Below, piece by piece: positions 20,224 through 31,400 of a DNA stretch of 64,000 nt. The DNA is from a virus. A program made the translations under genes and the position numbers. The stretch is from IMG/VR virus record IMGVR_UViG_3300025759_000063, positions 1 through 64,000 of that record, one strand, 5' to 3'. The stretch's first letter is position 1. Each line of letters begins with the position of its first letter. The notes below the pieces were generated by a model, which was not told where the DNA came from, made no database searches, and saw nothing but the letters and a program-made list of their open reading frames with translations.

Positions 20224-21417
20224 CTAGCACTTCCAGCGACGACGGGCTTTACAAACTGGTTTATCTGGTGTGGATGAGCAATCAATGTTATGCATGTCTT
20301 GCTGACCCTTAGAGCGTGCGCAGAATGATTTACGACGCTTGGCATCCTTGCTTCCTGGTTTTGGATCGCCAGTTACGGCAGTCTTAAGTTTAGAACCTGG
20401 ATTCTCTCTGCGATATGCTTTGACTGCGGCAGGACTCATTCCATCAGTTTTATCCGACTTATTAACTTTCTGCCAGTCTTCAACTTGAAGAAGTGGTTGA
20501 CCAGGATCATAATCTCTGATATTGAAGTAAGTAAGTCTAGAATCTGGATACACTTTTCTTACTTGATCTTGAACTTCTGTTCTTGTGGGTCTCTTTCCTG
20601 ATGGGAAGAACATTTGTAATGTATATGTCTTACCTCTCCAAATGACCATTGCAACTATTATGTTTCCAGTTTTTGTTGGAAGTCTAGTCGCCTCCTCAAG
20701 ATCACCCATAGGTTTTACATAATTTTTGTCTGGACCTGGTTTTGCTCCACTTCCACCATAAAATTTCTTTGTTTTACACTCACAAGGATCCTTTCCACAT
20801 TTTTTGCAACACTCTTCGGAAATAATTGGTTCTGGTTTAATCAAATCAATGAACTCATATTCCATTGCCTTAAAATCTTCTCTCCAATTTGAAAACTGAT
20901 ACTCCTCAGTTTTATTTCCCCAATTTGCTGCTCCTTTTTTGCGACACTTAACCAATGCTCCAGAAGCATATGCGGAAGGCCAAACTTTATATCTACTTTT
21001 TACCTTTTTGTAGCAGGCATCCTTTTCTCCAGCAGCCTCTTCTATTGCTGGTTTGGAGTAATCGTCCCAATATTTTGGTCCAAATGCACATTCAGATCTA
21101 GTCTCATTCTTCTTACACTTTGGACAATATCTAATAGTTTGTTTTTCTTCTGTAGCCACGTTCTTTGCCTTCCCTCTTCTATCTGGATTTGGATCTTGAC
21201 GGTTTTTTCGTTCAAATGCTCTTTGCTCTTCCCCATCATCAAGATCTCTTTTCATTTTAGAAGACCCGCATTTTGGTTTTGATGTTTGACCTGGTTGCTT
21301 TGCACAAGGTTTACCTGCATACTTGCCACCAAGTTGAACCCAACCAGGTTTACCATCAGAAGACTTGCTTTTAGTAAACCAATCGTGTAATGAACTGTCA
21401 CCAGATTTGTTGGGCAT
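20224..21417 (-). CDS. Modular Lys/Cys-rich hypothetical protein, possible head polyprotein
   Basis: Short basic or Cys-rich modules separated by xxEE motifs. Confidence 0.75.
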   Translation of the reverse strand: MPNKSGDSSLHDWFTKSKSSDGKPGWVQLGGKYAGKPCAKQPGQTSKPKCGSSKMKRDLDDGEEQRAFERKNRQDPNPDRRGKAKNVATEEKQTIRYCPKCKKNETRSECAFGPKYWDDYSKPAIEEAAGEKDACYKKVKSRYKVWPSAYASGALVKCRKKGAANWGNKTEEYQFSNWREDFKAMEYEFIDLIKPEPIISEECCKKCGKDPCECKTKKFYGGSGAKPGPDKNYVKPMGDLEEATRLPTKTGNIIVAMVIWRGKTYTLQMFFPSGKRPTRTEVQDQVRKVYPDSRLTYFNIRDYDPGQPLLQVEDWQKVNKSDKTDGMSPAAVKAYRRENPGSKLKTAVTGDPKPGSKDAKRRKSFCARSKGQQDMHNIDCSSTPDKPVCKARRRWKC

Positions 21418-21437
21418 TTTTATATAATATTCTTCTT

Positions 21438-21878
21438 TTATTTATCTTTTTGGGATTCATCTTGTTGTTTAATCAATTTTGCCAACTCTGCGGTAGATCC
21501 AACAAAAAGTGCATTTGTTACATTTGTTGGACCTTTTGATTCTTTAGTCTCCTCAATATCTTTTAATTTTTTCTGTACATCTATTAATTTTTCTGTTGCA
21601 TCGGAAACGTTCTTTATAAGTTGGCCAGCAACCTCATATGCCCTAGGCAATTCAGTTTCCTGTGCCAGTTCCAATATACCATTAATTGCTTCTTGACCTT
21701 TTTCTATAATAGAATATAAATTTGCCCTAGTATATTCGTAATCTTTTTTTAAGTCGGTTTTTTTATTATCTTGTTGATTAGCCTCTACTACTTCTGGAAT
21801 TATTGAAGTATCTTCTTCATCAAAACCTTCAGTATTAAATTCTTCATTCAACTTCTCATATTTTTTTGTCATAATCAT
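21438..21878 (-). CDS. gp16: Terminase small subunit
   Basis: DYEYTRANLY, PRAYEVAGQLIK, NALFVGSTAEL. Confidence 0.93.
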   Translation of the reverse strand: MIMTKKYEKLNEEFNTEGFDEEDTSIIPEVVEANQQDNKKTDLKKDYEYTRANLYSIIEKGQEAINGILELAQETELPRAYEVAGQLIKNVSDATEKLIDVQKKLKDIEETKESKGPTNVTNALFVGSTAELAKLIKQQDESQKDK

Positions 21879-22903
21879 ACAAATCCACCACTAAATCCAA
21901 AATCATCACCAACTTCAATTTGAGCATTGTCAGAATCTGTTATTAATTTTACATCTGATCCAAGAACATGGTTAGAAATTGTAGTTCCATCAGCACCTCT
22001 TTCTACAGTAATTTTGTTAGAAGTTTTTGATATTATTTTCATTTCTTCATTGCCAATTACAATATAAGATCCTTTAGTTATTGATGTTGAATCTGCAAGT
22101 TCGAAAGTTTTTGTTTGGGAATCTATGTCTTCTGAAAGTGTTGTGACTACATTTCCAGAATAACTCTTTGTTGCTCTTGGTTCTACCGAATAAGAAGTAT
22201 CTCTTTCTCTTGTCTTAAGACTTCTTGCATCCGAAGAACCTGCAACATAACCAATATTAACTTTTTTAATAATATCTTTTGTAACAGAAGATACTGGACC
22301 AAACAGATAAATTTTTGCAGTAAATCTTAAAGTATATATTAATGCCCTTCTTGTACTGAAGTCTCCTTCATAATCGTCATTCATTGTTATGCTATCAAGG
22401 ATAATCGGAATATCTCTCTTTTCAGATATCTCTTCAACTAAATTTACTGATAAATTATATGATGGTTGAAAGTAAGGTAAAATTTGTTCCAATATTTGAA
22501 GCATATCATCATTCAGTTTTGACATTATACTAAGTTCAAATTCCATATTATATGGAACGGGCATATATGCCTTTTTTTCTTCTGATGAATTTGTTGAAGA
22601 TGAAGTTACGAATGTTTGAGTTGAAGTTACTTTTCTTGATGCATCATAACTCAAACCAATAAATTCAAATGACATTCTTGGTAGTGTCATTTGAACAGAT
22701 CTATTTAAATCTGGTGATTGCTCAAGTCTCGCTAAAAATTTTTGCGTGGGTCCATACGCAAGGGGAACTTTAACAATGCTAACCACATTGTCTGAGTTAT
22801 TTTTGTGACTAATTGAAATATCATTAAACAATGTGCCAAAAGATATGACAGTTTTTCTTAATATTTCGTGATAAAAATACTCAAACATTTTATTATTGAC
22901 CAA
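21875..22903 (-). CDS. gp15: Tail sheath stabilizer/completion protein
   Basis: YFYHEILRKTVISFGTLFN, VPLAYGP, LPRMSFE, EQILPYFQP. Confidence 0.93.
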   Translation of the reverse strand: MVNNKMFEYFYHEILRKTVISFGTLFNDISISHKNNSDNVVSIVKVPLAYGPTQKFLARLEQSPDLNRSVQMTLPRMSFEFIGLSYDASRKVTSTQTFVTSSSTNSSEEKKAYMPVPYNMEFELSIMSKLNDDMLQILEQILPYFQPSYNLSVNLVEEISEKRDIPIILDSITMNDDYEGDFSTRRALIYTLRFTAKIYLFGPVSSVTKDIIKKVNIGYVAGSSDARSLKTRERDTSYSVEPRATKSYSGNVVTTLSEDIDSQTKTFELADSTSITKGSYIVIGNEEMKIISKTSNKITVERGADGTTISNHVLGSDVKLITDSDNAQIEVGDDFGFSGGFV

Positions 22904-22922
22904 ATTTTTTTACTTAATTTAT

Positions 22923-24299
22923 TTATGGCAAACCAAATGGATTCTTCTCAGAAAAATCAATAATAAAATCTGCTTCTCTTTCAATATTTAAGTTGTCTGC
23001 ATAAGAGTCTGTAGTTTCAGAATTTAATGTAATTAATTGCCTTGAAGAATTGCTTTCGGATCCAACAATAAATTCTTCTAATATAAATGTTCCTGTAATA
23101 TTAGAAACCTCTAAAATATTTGTAGTTTGATCCCATTTTTTAACTATTGCTGTAGTTCCACTTACAGAACCTGTAATAGTCTCATTGAACATATAGGTTC
23201 CGGAACCAATTTGTGCCGGTGAACCTATAGTTATTGATGGAATTTCAGTATATCCAAGACCAGCATTTGTAATTAATATTGATTGAATTGTCCCTGCAGC
23301 AGAAACAACTGCGGTTACGGCTGCAGAAACTGTAGAAATTCCCGCAATAGTTATTTCTGGAGATGTAATATATCCAGAACCACCATTAGTTACTGTGACA
23401 ATTCCAACAACACCATCACCAATTAAAGTATTTGCTTCGGCACCTGACCCATATCCATCCGTACTTTGAAATGATACACTTGGAGCAACAGTGTAACCAT
23501 ATCCAGAATTGGATAGATTGACAGATTGAACCCTATCGGATTCTATTCCATTGCAATCAATTAATCCAGAAATAATGGAAGATTCTGCTTGAGCATTCAA
23601 ACCTCCTGCAGGTGCTTTGGATAAAATAACAGTTGGTGCTGAAAGATATCCAGTTCCCCTATTTGTGATGGTTATAGTTCTGACACCACCATTTACAATT
23701 GAAATAGATGCTGTTGCTGTTGTAGAGGATCCAACTAATGTGAGAGATTGTGTATATCCTTCATCTATAAAATTATCATCAATTTCTTCAATACCAGTAT
23801 TTACTATTTCGTCTTCATATCTAAACAATTCGCATCTAAGTTGATATATATAATTTTTTTGAAGTTGGTAGAAAGGTTTTTCGTGCTCAACATATTTAAT
23901 TTCAAATATTCTGTCTCCAAGAGGAAAATAAATTAAATCCCCTTCTTTTGGTCTGCTTATTAACTTAGTATCCGAAATATCTTCTAATAATGGTGCAATG
24001 TAAGTTTCATATCTTTCTCTAGATATGACAATATTTAAATCATCTTTATCCTGGATTCCAAATTTTGTTAATAAAGTTCCTAGTCCATCATATCCTTCAT
24101 AAGTTTCAACATATGCCTCTATTGGATATGCATTATCAAATTTTGATTCTATTACTTCTTTAATTACAGTATTTGATGTAATATATTTTCTTGGAATATA
24201 ATATACCTCAACACCATACATTCTCAATTGTTCATTTACTAAATCTTGAATTAAAGATTGCTCTGATTTTGAACCCTGAAGAAAAAACGGATTAAGCAT
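22923..24299 (-). CDS. gp14: Neck protein
   Basis: EQLRMYGVEVYYIPR, RPKEGDLIYFP, PFYQL, C-terminal DFSEKNPFG. Confidence 0.93.
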   Translation of the reverse strand: MLNPFFLQGSKSEQSLIQDLVNEQLRMYGVEVYYIPRKYITSNTVIKEVIESKFDNAYPIEAYVETYEGYDGLGTLLTKFGIQDKDDLNIVISRERYETYIAPLLEDISDTKLISRPKEGDLIYFPLGDRIFEIKYVEHEKPFYQLQKNYIYQLRCELFRYEDEIVNTGIEEIDDNFIDEGYTQSLTLVGSSTTATASISIVNGGVRTITITNRGTGYLSAPTVILSKAPAGGLNAQAESSIISGLIDCNGIESDRVQSVNLSNSGYGYTVAPSVSFQSTDGYGSGAEANTLIGDGVVGIVTVTNGGSGYITSPEITIAGISTVSAAVTAVVSAAGTIQSILITNAGLGYTEIPSITIGSPAQIGSGTYMFNETITGSVSGTTAIVKKWDQTTNILEVSNITGTFILEEFIVGSESNSSRQLITLNSETTDSYADNLNIEREADFIIDFSEKNPFGLP

Positions 24300-24303
24300 T
24301 TAA

Positions 24304-25152
24304 TTATCCTATCATATCTAAAGGTGGTAATTCATAAGAATTTGACATCTTTTCCATTATCATGTCTATTTCTCGTTGTGCATCATCATAGAGTTGTCTT
24401 CCATTTAACTCAATTCCTCCTGGAAGTTTTACTCCTTGAAATTTTATTAAATTTTGACCCCACTGCCTTTTAATCAATGAAGTAAGATATTGCTTCAACC
24501 AAGAATCGTTCCATACTCTAGTAAAATCATTTGGATTAAGTGAGCGGAAACAGTCAATCACTAGATAATTTCCAACTGAGATGCTTCCCCAATCAATATC
24601 CAAATATAACCTATCCATTCTTTGATTAAATCTTATTTGCTTTTGGGTACTTAATAAAAAATCTATATCTTCCAAATAAGTTTTAGTCATTGCATAAGTC
24701 AATAATTCGGTAGAACCCCAATAATATACATCATTTAAAAATAATTGATACTTAACACTGAACATATTATTTGTTGCAGTATTAGTTCCGTCAAATTGAT
24801 ATATTTTATTAATTCCAATAACTGAAGATGGTATTTGTAAATAATTACTATTTTCTTTGTATGTAAATGTAGTAGCAGTACCAACAATATTTGTAGTTGC
24901 TGATGTTACTACAATTCCTGCAGATGAACTTGTTCCTGCTGGAGCTCTACCTCTATCAATATCATCTTGAGTTATTTGATATTTTAAATAAACCTGAGAT
25001 ACCCCATCAAAATGCCTTTCCTGAAAGAATTGAATAGCATCGTCAACTAAGTCATCAATTTGTTCATCAGCAACGTTAATTTCCAAAACTGGCGCCCCCA
25101 GTTTTCTTTTACAATAATTTATTAATTCTTGTCTAGAAGATGGTTGCGCCAT
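24304..25152 (-). CDS. gp13: Neck protein
   Basis: YCKRKLGAPVLEINV, QWGQNLIKF, LPGGIELNG. Confidence 0.94.
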   Translation of the reverse strand: MAQPSSRQELINYCKRKLGAPVLEINVADEQIDDLVDDAIQFFQERHFDGVSQVYLKYQITQDDIDRGRAPAGTSSSAGIVVTSATTNIVGTATTFTYKENSNYLQIPSSVIGINKIYQFDGTNTATNNMFSVKYQLFLNDVYYWGSTELLTYAMTKTYLEDIDFLLSTQKQIRFNQRMDRLYLDIDWGSISVGNYLVIDCFRSLNPNDFTRVWNDSWLKQYLTSLIKRQWGQNLIKFQGVKLPGGIELNGRQLYDDAQREIDMIMEKMSNSYELPPLDMIG

Positions 25153-25198
25153 TTAACTATTTTTCTCCATATAAAATATTTATGATTCACAAAGAATT

Positions 25199-25423
25199 TT
25201 ATTTATTTTCAATAATTTGCTTCAGTAAAAATTTTATTTCTTTCAACTCACCCTTTACATCTTCCAATTCATTTTCTATACAGTCAATTTTTTGTTTTTG
25301 TTTTTCACTGATATTTTTTCTTCTCAAATAAGATTCATACTCTTGTTTATTTGTATTTACTATTGCGTTTGAATTCGAATCTCTATAAAGATTTTCAAAT
25401 CCTTCTACAGGAATTAGTGACAT
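25199..25423 (-). CDS. Small coiled-coil hypothetical protein
   Basis: 74-aa ORF starting 1 nt after the stop of the 2523-aa gene. Confidence 0.75.
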   Translation of the reverse strand: MSLIPVEGFENLYRDSNSNAIVNTNKQEYESYLRRKNISEKQKQKIDCIENELEDVKGELKEIKFLLKQIIENK

Positions 25424-25424
25424 G

Positions 25425-28400
25425 TTATGCTAATGCAAGTGCTCTAAAGTTTCTAATTATCGGTACAAAAGCTTGGTTTTCTGATGAACCTACCAATTTA
25501 ATTCTAAAATCTTCAAATGAAGTGTTAAGATTTACTGTAAATACATATTCCTTAAACTCATAACTTCTGGGATTTCCAAGATTTCTGTCAACTTTCACTT
25601 GTTTTTTATCTGGTTTTCCATTACTATTTAATGGATTTATGATAGATCCATTGGTTGCTATATTTAAATCTCCAGGGAAAAGGGTAAATCTATCACTTCC
25701 ATTTATCGAATAAAGAACTCTCACATCAGATCCTTGACGAATGTATGCATCAAACAAAACTTTAATTGAAGATGCTGGATTTTCCAGTCTTATTGGAGTT
25801 GTTATATATGAGAATAAATGTGGGTCTTCTTTAATCGTATTGACTCTAGAATCATTGGCATAATCAGTAATTGGATTGTTAATTCTATTACTGACTAAAG
25901 TCAATGATGTGTTAGATAAATCTATAGCAGGACTAATTCTAGAATCATTGGTAAAGAAGTTTACGGAAATATTGGTTGATTTATTTCCTGGGAAATCAGT
26001 CAAGAAATTACTTTCATTTACTTTTGATGCAATAAGTCTTGGGGAATCAAAATATTGCATCTTTGAATTTGTTAGGTCTTCAAATCCATTATCGATAAAT
26101 GATATTTCATTTCCACCCAAACTTTTTCCACTAATAGTTCTTATTTTCAAATTGATATTTGTTCCTGTAGGAGTTACTTGGGTTATATTTGGAATAATCA
26201 TTTCATATTGAACATTATATGATGCTTCTGCTCCAGCTCCACCAACATTTTTTGTGTTATTAAACTTTAATTTACCAAGACCAGTATTTACACTTCGATC
26301 GACTCCATTGGAAGACATATCAATCTTAATATTATATGTATCGACTCCAATTGGATTTGGAATTGTAACATTAGAAAGATTATGTTGTTTGTTTATTCTT
26401 CTTAAAGAAACTCCACCGACTTCATATTTTTCGACCAAAGTATTTACTGAGTAATTGTAACCCCTAGTATTGTCAATTTCTCTTTCTACTCCAGTTAAAG
26501 TATTTGATGTTGTCCCAGTGTAACTCAAAATTTCTTCATTTATTTTAATATATCCTTTATTGGTAACGCTTACTGGATTATTTTCAAAGACTTCGAATAT
26601 TGATGTATTTGAAACAAATAATTCACTTTCGACTCCAGATTCAGTTGGATAAACTGCTTCAAGTTTTTGCTTAGAAATATCTGATTCAATTCCAGAGATT
26701 TCAACAATATTTGTAGAAGAGTGCATTCCATGATTTCTATGGAAAACTTTAACATGCTCTCCATCATTAATTGTTGAAATGTTTATTGTCGAAAGAGATG
26801 TACCTATATCGGTGAAATCAGTTACAATTCCGGAGGAATTAATAAATTTAATATCCTTATTTGGACTAAATTCGCCATGGATTCTATCAACTACAAGTTC
26901 GTTGTTTCCAACTATATTGGATACACTTAATTTTATTCCACTACCCAATCCAGAACCTATTGACACAGGTTCAAGAACATCACCAATAACATAACCAATT
27001 CCTCCATTTGCTATAGTTGCTGCTATCGCAACATTATTCAATATTGTAATATCTGCAGTTGCATTAAATCCAGTTCCAGTTAGACTTCTAAGAGAAACTC
27101 CATTAAAAGTTCCTGGTCCAGTATAACCAGTTCCTGCATTGATTATCGATAAATTTGAAAAGGCACTTCCACCATAACCAACCAAGTATCCTGTAGCCGT
27201 TGCTAAACCAGCAATTTCTTGAATTACAGTTTGTCCAATTGCAACTTCCGTATTTGTAATAGTTGATGATAAAGAAATCCTTGCACTATTTGAATAAATT
27301 GTTAAAGGATTATTTGTCATTACATTTTTTGCATCATCCAAATCAGAATTAAACAATTCAGTAAATCCTGAAGATTTGAATTCCGATCTATAAAGTTCAA
27401 ATTTCAAGTCTTCATATTGACTTGGGGTCCAAGAAGATGCATTTTGGGATTTAAATAATGAACCAAGAAGTTTTTGAGTTGTTACAAGAATTTGATTTCT
27501 TTCCGAATTTAAAGTAGAAACATCTGGTTCTCCCAATCTTGAAATCCAAACATTATATTCGTTAGAATTTGAAAGCACGACTATAGCATATTCTCTTTGA
27601 CCTTCCAGGTAAACTGGAGATTCAAATTCAAATGTTGTTGCAACTGAAGCATCTTCCGATAAATTAATTTTATTGGGAGACAACTCAACTTCTGAGAAAG
27701 CTAATATTTTTTGTGAGGGAATTCCCAAATTAACTTCTCTAATCTGAACTGTTACTGGTAATGAATCGTCCTTTGTCCTAAAATACAAATCGAGTTTTGA
27801 TAAGTATACTCCAGTTTCATCATCAACGATAAAGGACTGTGCAAGAGGATCTATATATCTTCCAGTCAATCTAGTACTAGATGATGAAGAAGTGCTTGTT
27901 CTAGAATCTATTAATTCTGAACTAACAGTAGTAGATCTTTCCTGCTCAAGAGTATCATTTACATCAACTCTTGCATTTCTTAGTGATAGTGTTGTTTCTT
28001 GATATGTATCAACTTGTCCTTCGGAATAGAATGTTTCCTCCGCAACAGTTGTTATTACTCCGGGAATTCTTGAATTTGTTGAACTGCTCGTTAACCTCAA
28101 TCTACTTCTTCCTGTCTCAAATTTTTGATCCTCTACATCGTTAGGAATAAAGAAAGAAGCGATTAAAGTTCCAACTCTATCAGTAACCAAACGAACATTA
28201 GTAACTCTTGCAAATGCTCTAGAAGTTCCTCCAAAAATTAAAGATCCACTAACGATATTTCCATAAAATTTTGGCGTTGAATTATCTGCAAGAGACTCTG
28301 TATCAATATTCAATATTGTACTAGTTGAAGAATAGTTTTCTGGAATCGTTTCATTTCTATTATAAGGATTCCTATCAAAAGTGTCCGTAGGGTTATCATA

Positions 28401-31400
28401 TGGACCATATTTGTGATTTGAATTTGCAACTCTAACTCTAAAATTGCCTTTTTTAATCGATTTTCTATTAAGTACTGTAGTTGGGGGAATAATAGTGACA
28501 GTTTCTCCAGGTATAAAAGTACCTCTAGTCATTTGAATTTCGACTAGTTTGCTAAAGCAGAATTTAGAAATTGCGGAACCTTCAAAAAATGGATATACTC
28601 TCGTGTATGGTTTTAGTCTTCTTGCAGTAAATTCAAGATTCCTTGATCTCAAATAATTAACAACATCTCTTTTTACAATTCTATCGCCAAGAGATTCGGT
28701 ATCAATACTTTCATTTACTATATACTGAACTCCAGATCTTCTTTGATCTAAATTAGTATCAGAAAACGTATTTGTAGTAGTTGTAGTTGAACTCCAACTT
28801 GTAACTTCCGCAACTCTAAAGTTTCGTGGAACGGTTCCTGTTCTGTTTGTACCTCTCAATTCATTGAATTCTGCAAGAGTTGCTGGTCTCCAACCACCAT
28901 TACTTGAACCTGTTGATGTTGAAGAACTAGTTTCAAACCTTCTATCAAATTCAACACCAGTAGTTTCCCAAGAATTCCATATAACGGGACTTACTCCAAG
29001 TCTTTCTCCATCTTCTGTTGTTGTTATTTCTGCCCTCAGTGCTTCTGCAACCCCTAAGAAAGAACCTTCAAAATCTATATTTTTAGCTTCTATTCTTTTG
29101 GTATCAACCCAAACATCAACTGATGGGTTTATTTGGATAGAACCTTCCCACAATTTGACAAAGAATGGTGTTACATTTTCAGTTCTTGTTGCAAATGGTT
29201 GCTTTAACCAAGAAACACTGTCGTAATCCAAAAGAAGAGTATCTCCAACTCTTTTTAAAGAAGACCCAACAATATTGGAAAACCTCTTATCACCATTTTC
29301 TTGAGTTGTAGATCCTACTCCAGGGATTGTGTTATTTGCAATTTCTAAGTTTATATTTGTTGTATAATGTGATGGTCTCAATTCTCCTTTTCTGGTATCA
29401 ATAGAATTTTTAACTCCATTTGAAAGATCTTGTCCCAATAATGTTGAAAAATTGTCAACGTAAAAACCTGACTTAAACCTATTTAAACCAGTTCCTGTTC
29501 CATCATCAATGAATAGATTTTGTGTTGCAGTTTCTAGCAAAGAAAGTGATGTATAATATTCTAAGTTCTTAATTCTTTTTTCTAATCCAAAAATATCTTT
29601 CATTTGATATCTCTTATGAGATATAAATTCAATCCGAGCATCTGAAGTATTGTATAAGTATGCAGGGAGATATATATTTGCAATATTCATTGCCCCAGCA
29701 ACTTCTTGGGGAAGAACTGGGTTGTCTGCAGGATTTCCAAACTTAACAACAAAAGATTTATCTTTTGTCAAATAAATTCTATCAATTCTTGGTAGATAAT
29801 ATGAATAATCTAAGATAAGAGGTTCTTCTGGAGAAATTACACTACTCGAACTGTGCCTAGAATTGTTAAAATTTCTACCTTCAAACTCAAATGGAGATTT
29901 TCCATTCAAAGTTACATTATAATTAGAAACTCTTGGTCTATAATCAATAATATCGGTTAATCTATTTCCCTCAATAGTTTCAATATCATCTTTATAGTTG
30001 AAAGTATTGTAGGAATTGGCAGTAGTTACATCTGCAACATCTGATAAATCATAATAAAATCTAGAAAATAAAACTTTAAGTTTTCTTGTTGGTTTCGGTG
30101 CATCTTCATTTCTAATAATTCTTGAGTAATCATAATAAGTGAGTTTTTGTCCAGAATTAAGTTTATAATTATCTATTATATTCTTACTACCAACCTTGAT
30201 TGATGAGATTGAACCAATCACATTTGATTTTGAAAATGAAACTAATTCACCTTCAATAAATTCTGTGTCTTTTTGGTATATGAAACCTACTTCAGTATCA
30301 TTTTTTCTTTCCACATAAAGAGCTTTTGTGCCACTAGTCTTTCCAGTTATAACTTCTCCAATAATTAAATCATTGGTCGTTGATGTTTGTCCATTAAGAG
30401 AATTTAAGACTAATGATGGAACTTCTGGGTCTGAAGTTGATTCTGATTCAAATATTCCATACAAAGTTCTTACATCGGGATAATTTAAACAAATCTCATC
30501 ATCATCAACTCTAGTACCAAACGGATAGTTTCCAAAAGTTAATCCATCATTCAAACTTTCTTCACCAGTGCCTGATGCAGGATTTGATGATTTGTTGATA
30601 ATGATACTTTCTACTATTTTCTTTTTCTTTACTTTAGACTTTATCTTACTTTTTCTTAATGATGCCGTTAAAATGCAATTAGTATCATTTGAACCGAGAT
30701 TGTTTAATCTTATCCTTTTGTTTCCACTTCCAGATACAAACTCTATTTTATCCGAACTCAATCTTTCAAGTGAACCATCACTTCTTGTTAATGTATATCT
30801 TTCTTCATCAAATGGTAAGAATATTTCATTATCTCCGGCATCTATATTATTAGTAGACCCATCTGTAATTGTTATTCCAGTAAACTGTTTTCTCAATGTT
30901 AATTGAGAGTTATCTAAATTAACAGATTCTACATTTTTCTTTGCCAGTGTGCTGTAGAGTGTTCTATTTGAAGCACTATTCCCACTTTCTGCTATTGGAG
31001 ATATATTAGAACCACATCTAACCAAATTATTTACGTTAATAGTGGTTGTAGGCAATTTTCCATATACGACATTTCCAACATCTTCTACAGACTCGATCGT
31101 AAACCTATTTTCATCTTCATTAATTGAAGTTACTCTAGAGAATGAGAATGTGCTAATTCCTGGTTGAGTGCATCTAATAATATTACCAACATTCAATTGT
31201 TTAGTAATATCGAAACCCTCAACGGTAACTGTCGATATTCCTGATAAACCTTCTGTTATTTGTGCTTGACCAAATCTTAAGTTTGCATTTTGTACAACAT
31301 CAGCAGAAAATGTTACTCCGGCACCTGCGGCCGCAGTTGAAAATACTGATTTTACGTCTGAGGTCTCATAGTTTCTAATTGTTTCAATAAATCTTACATT

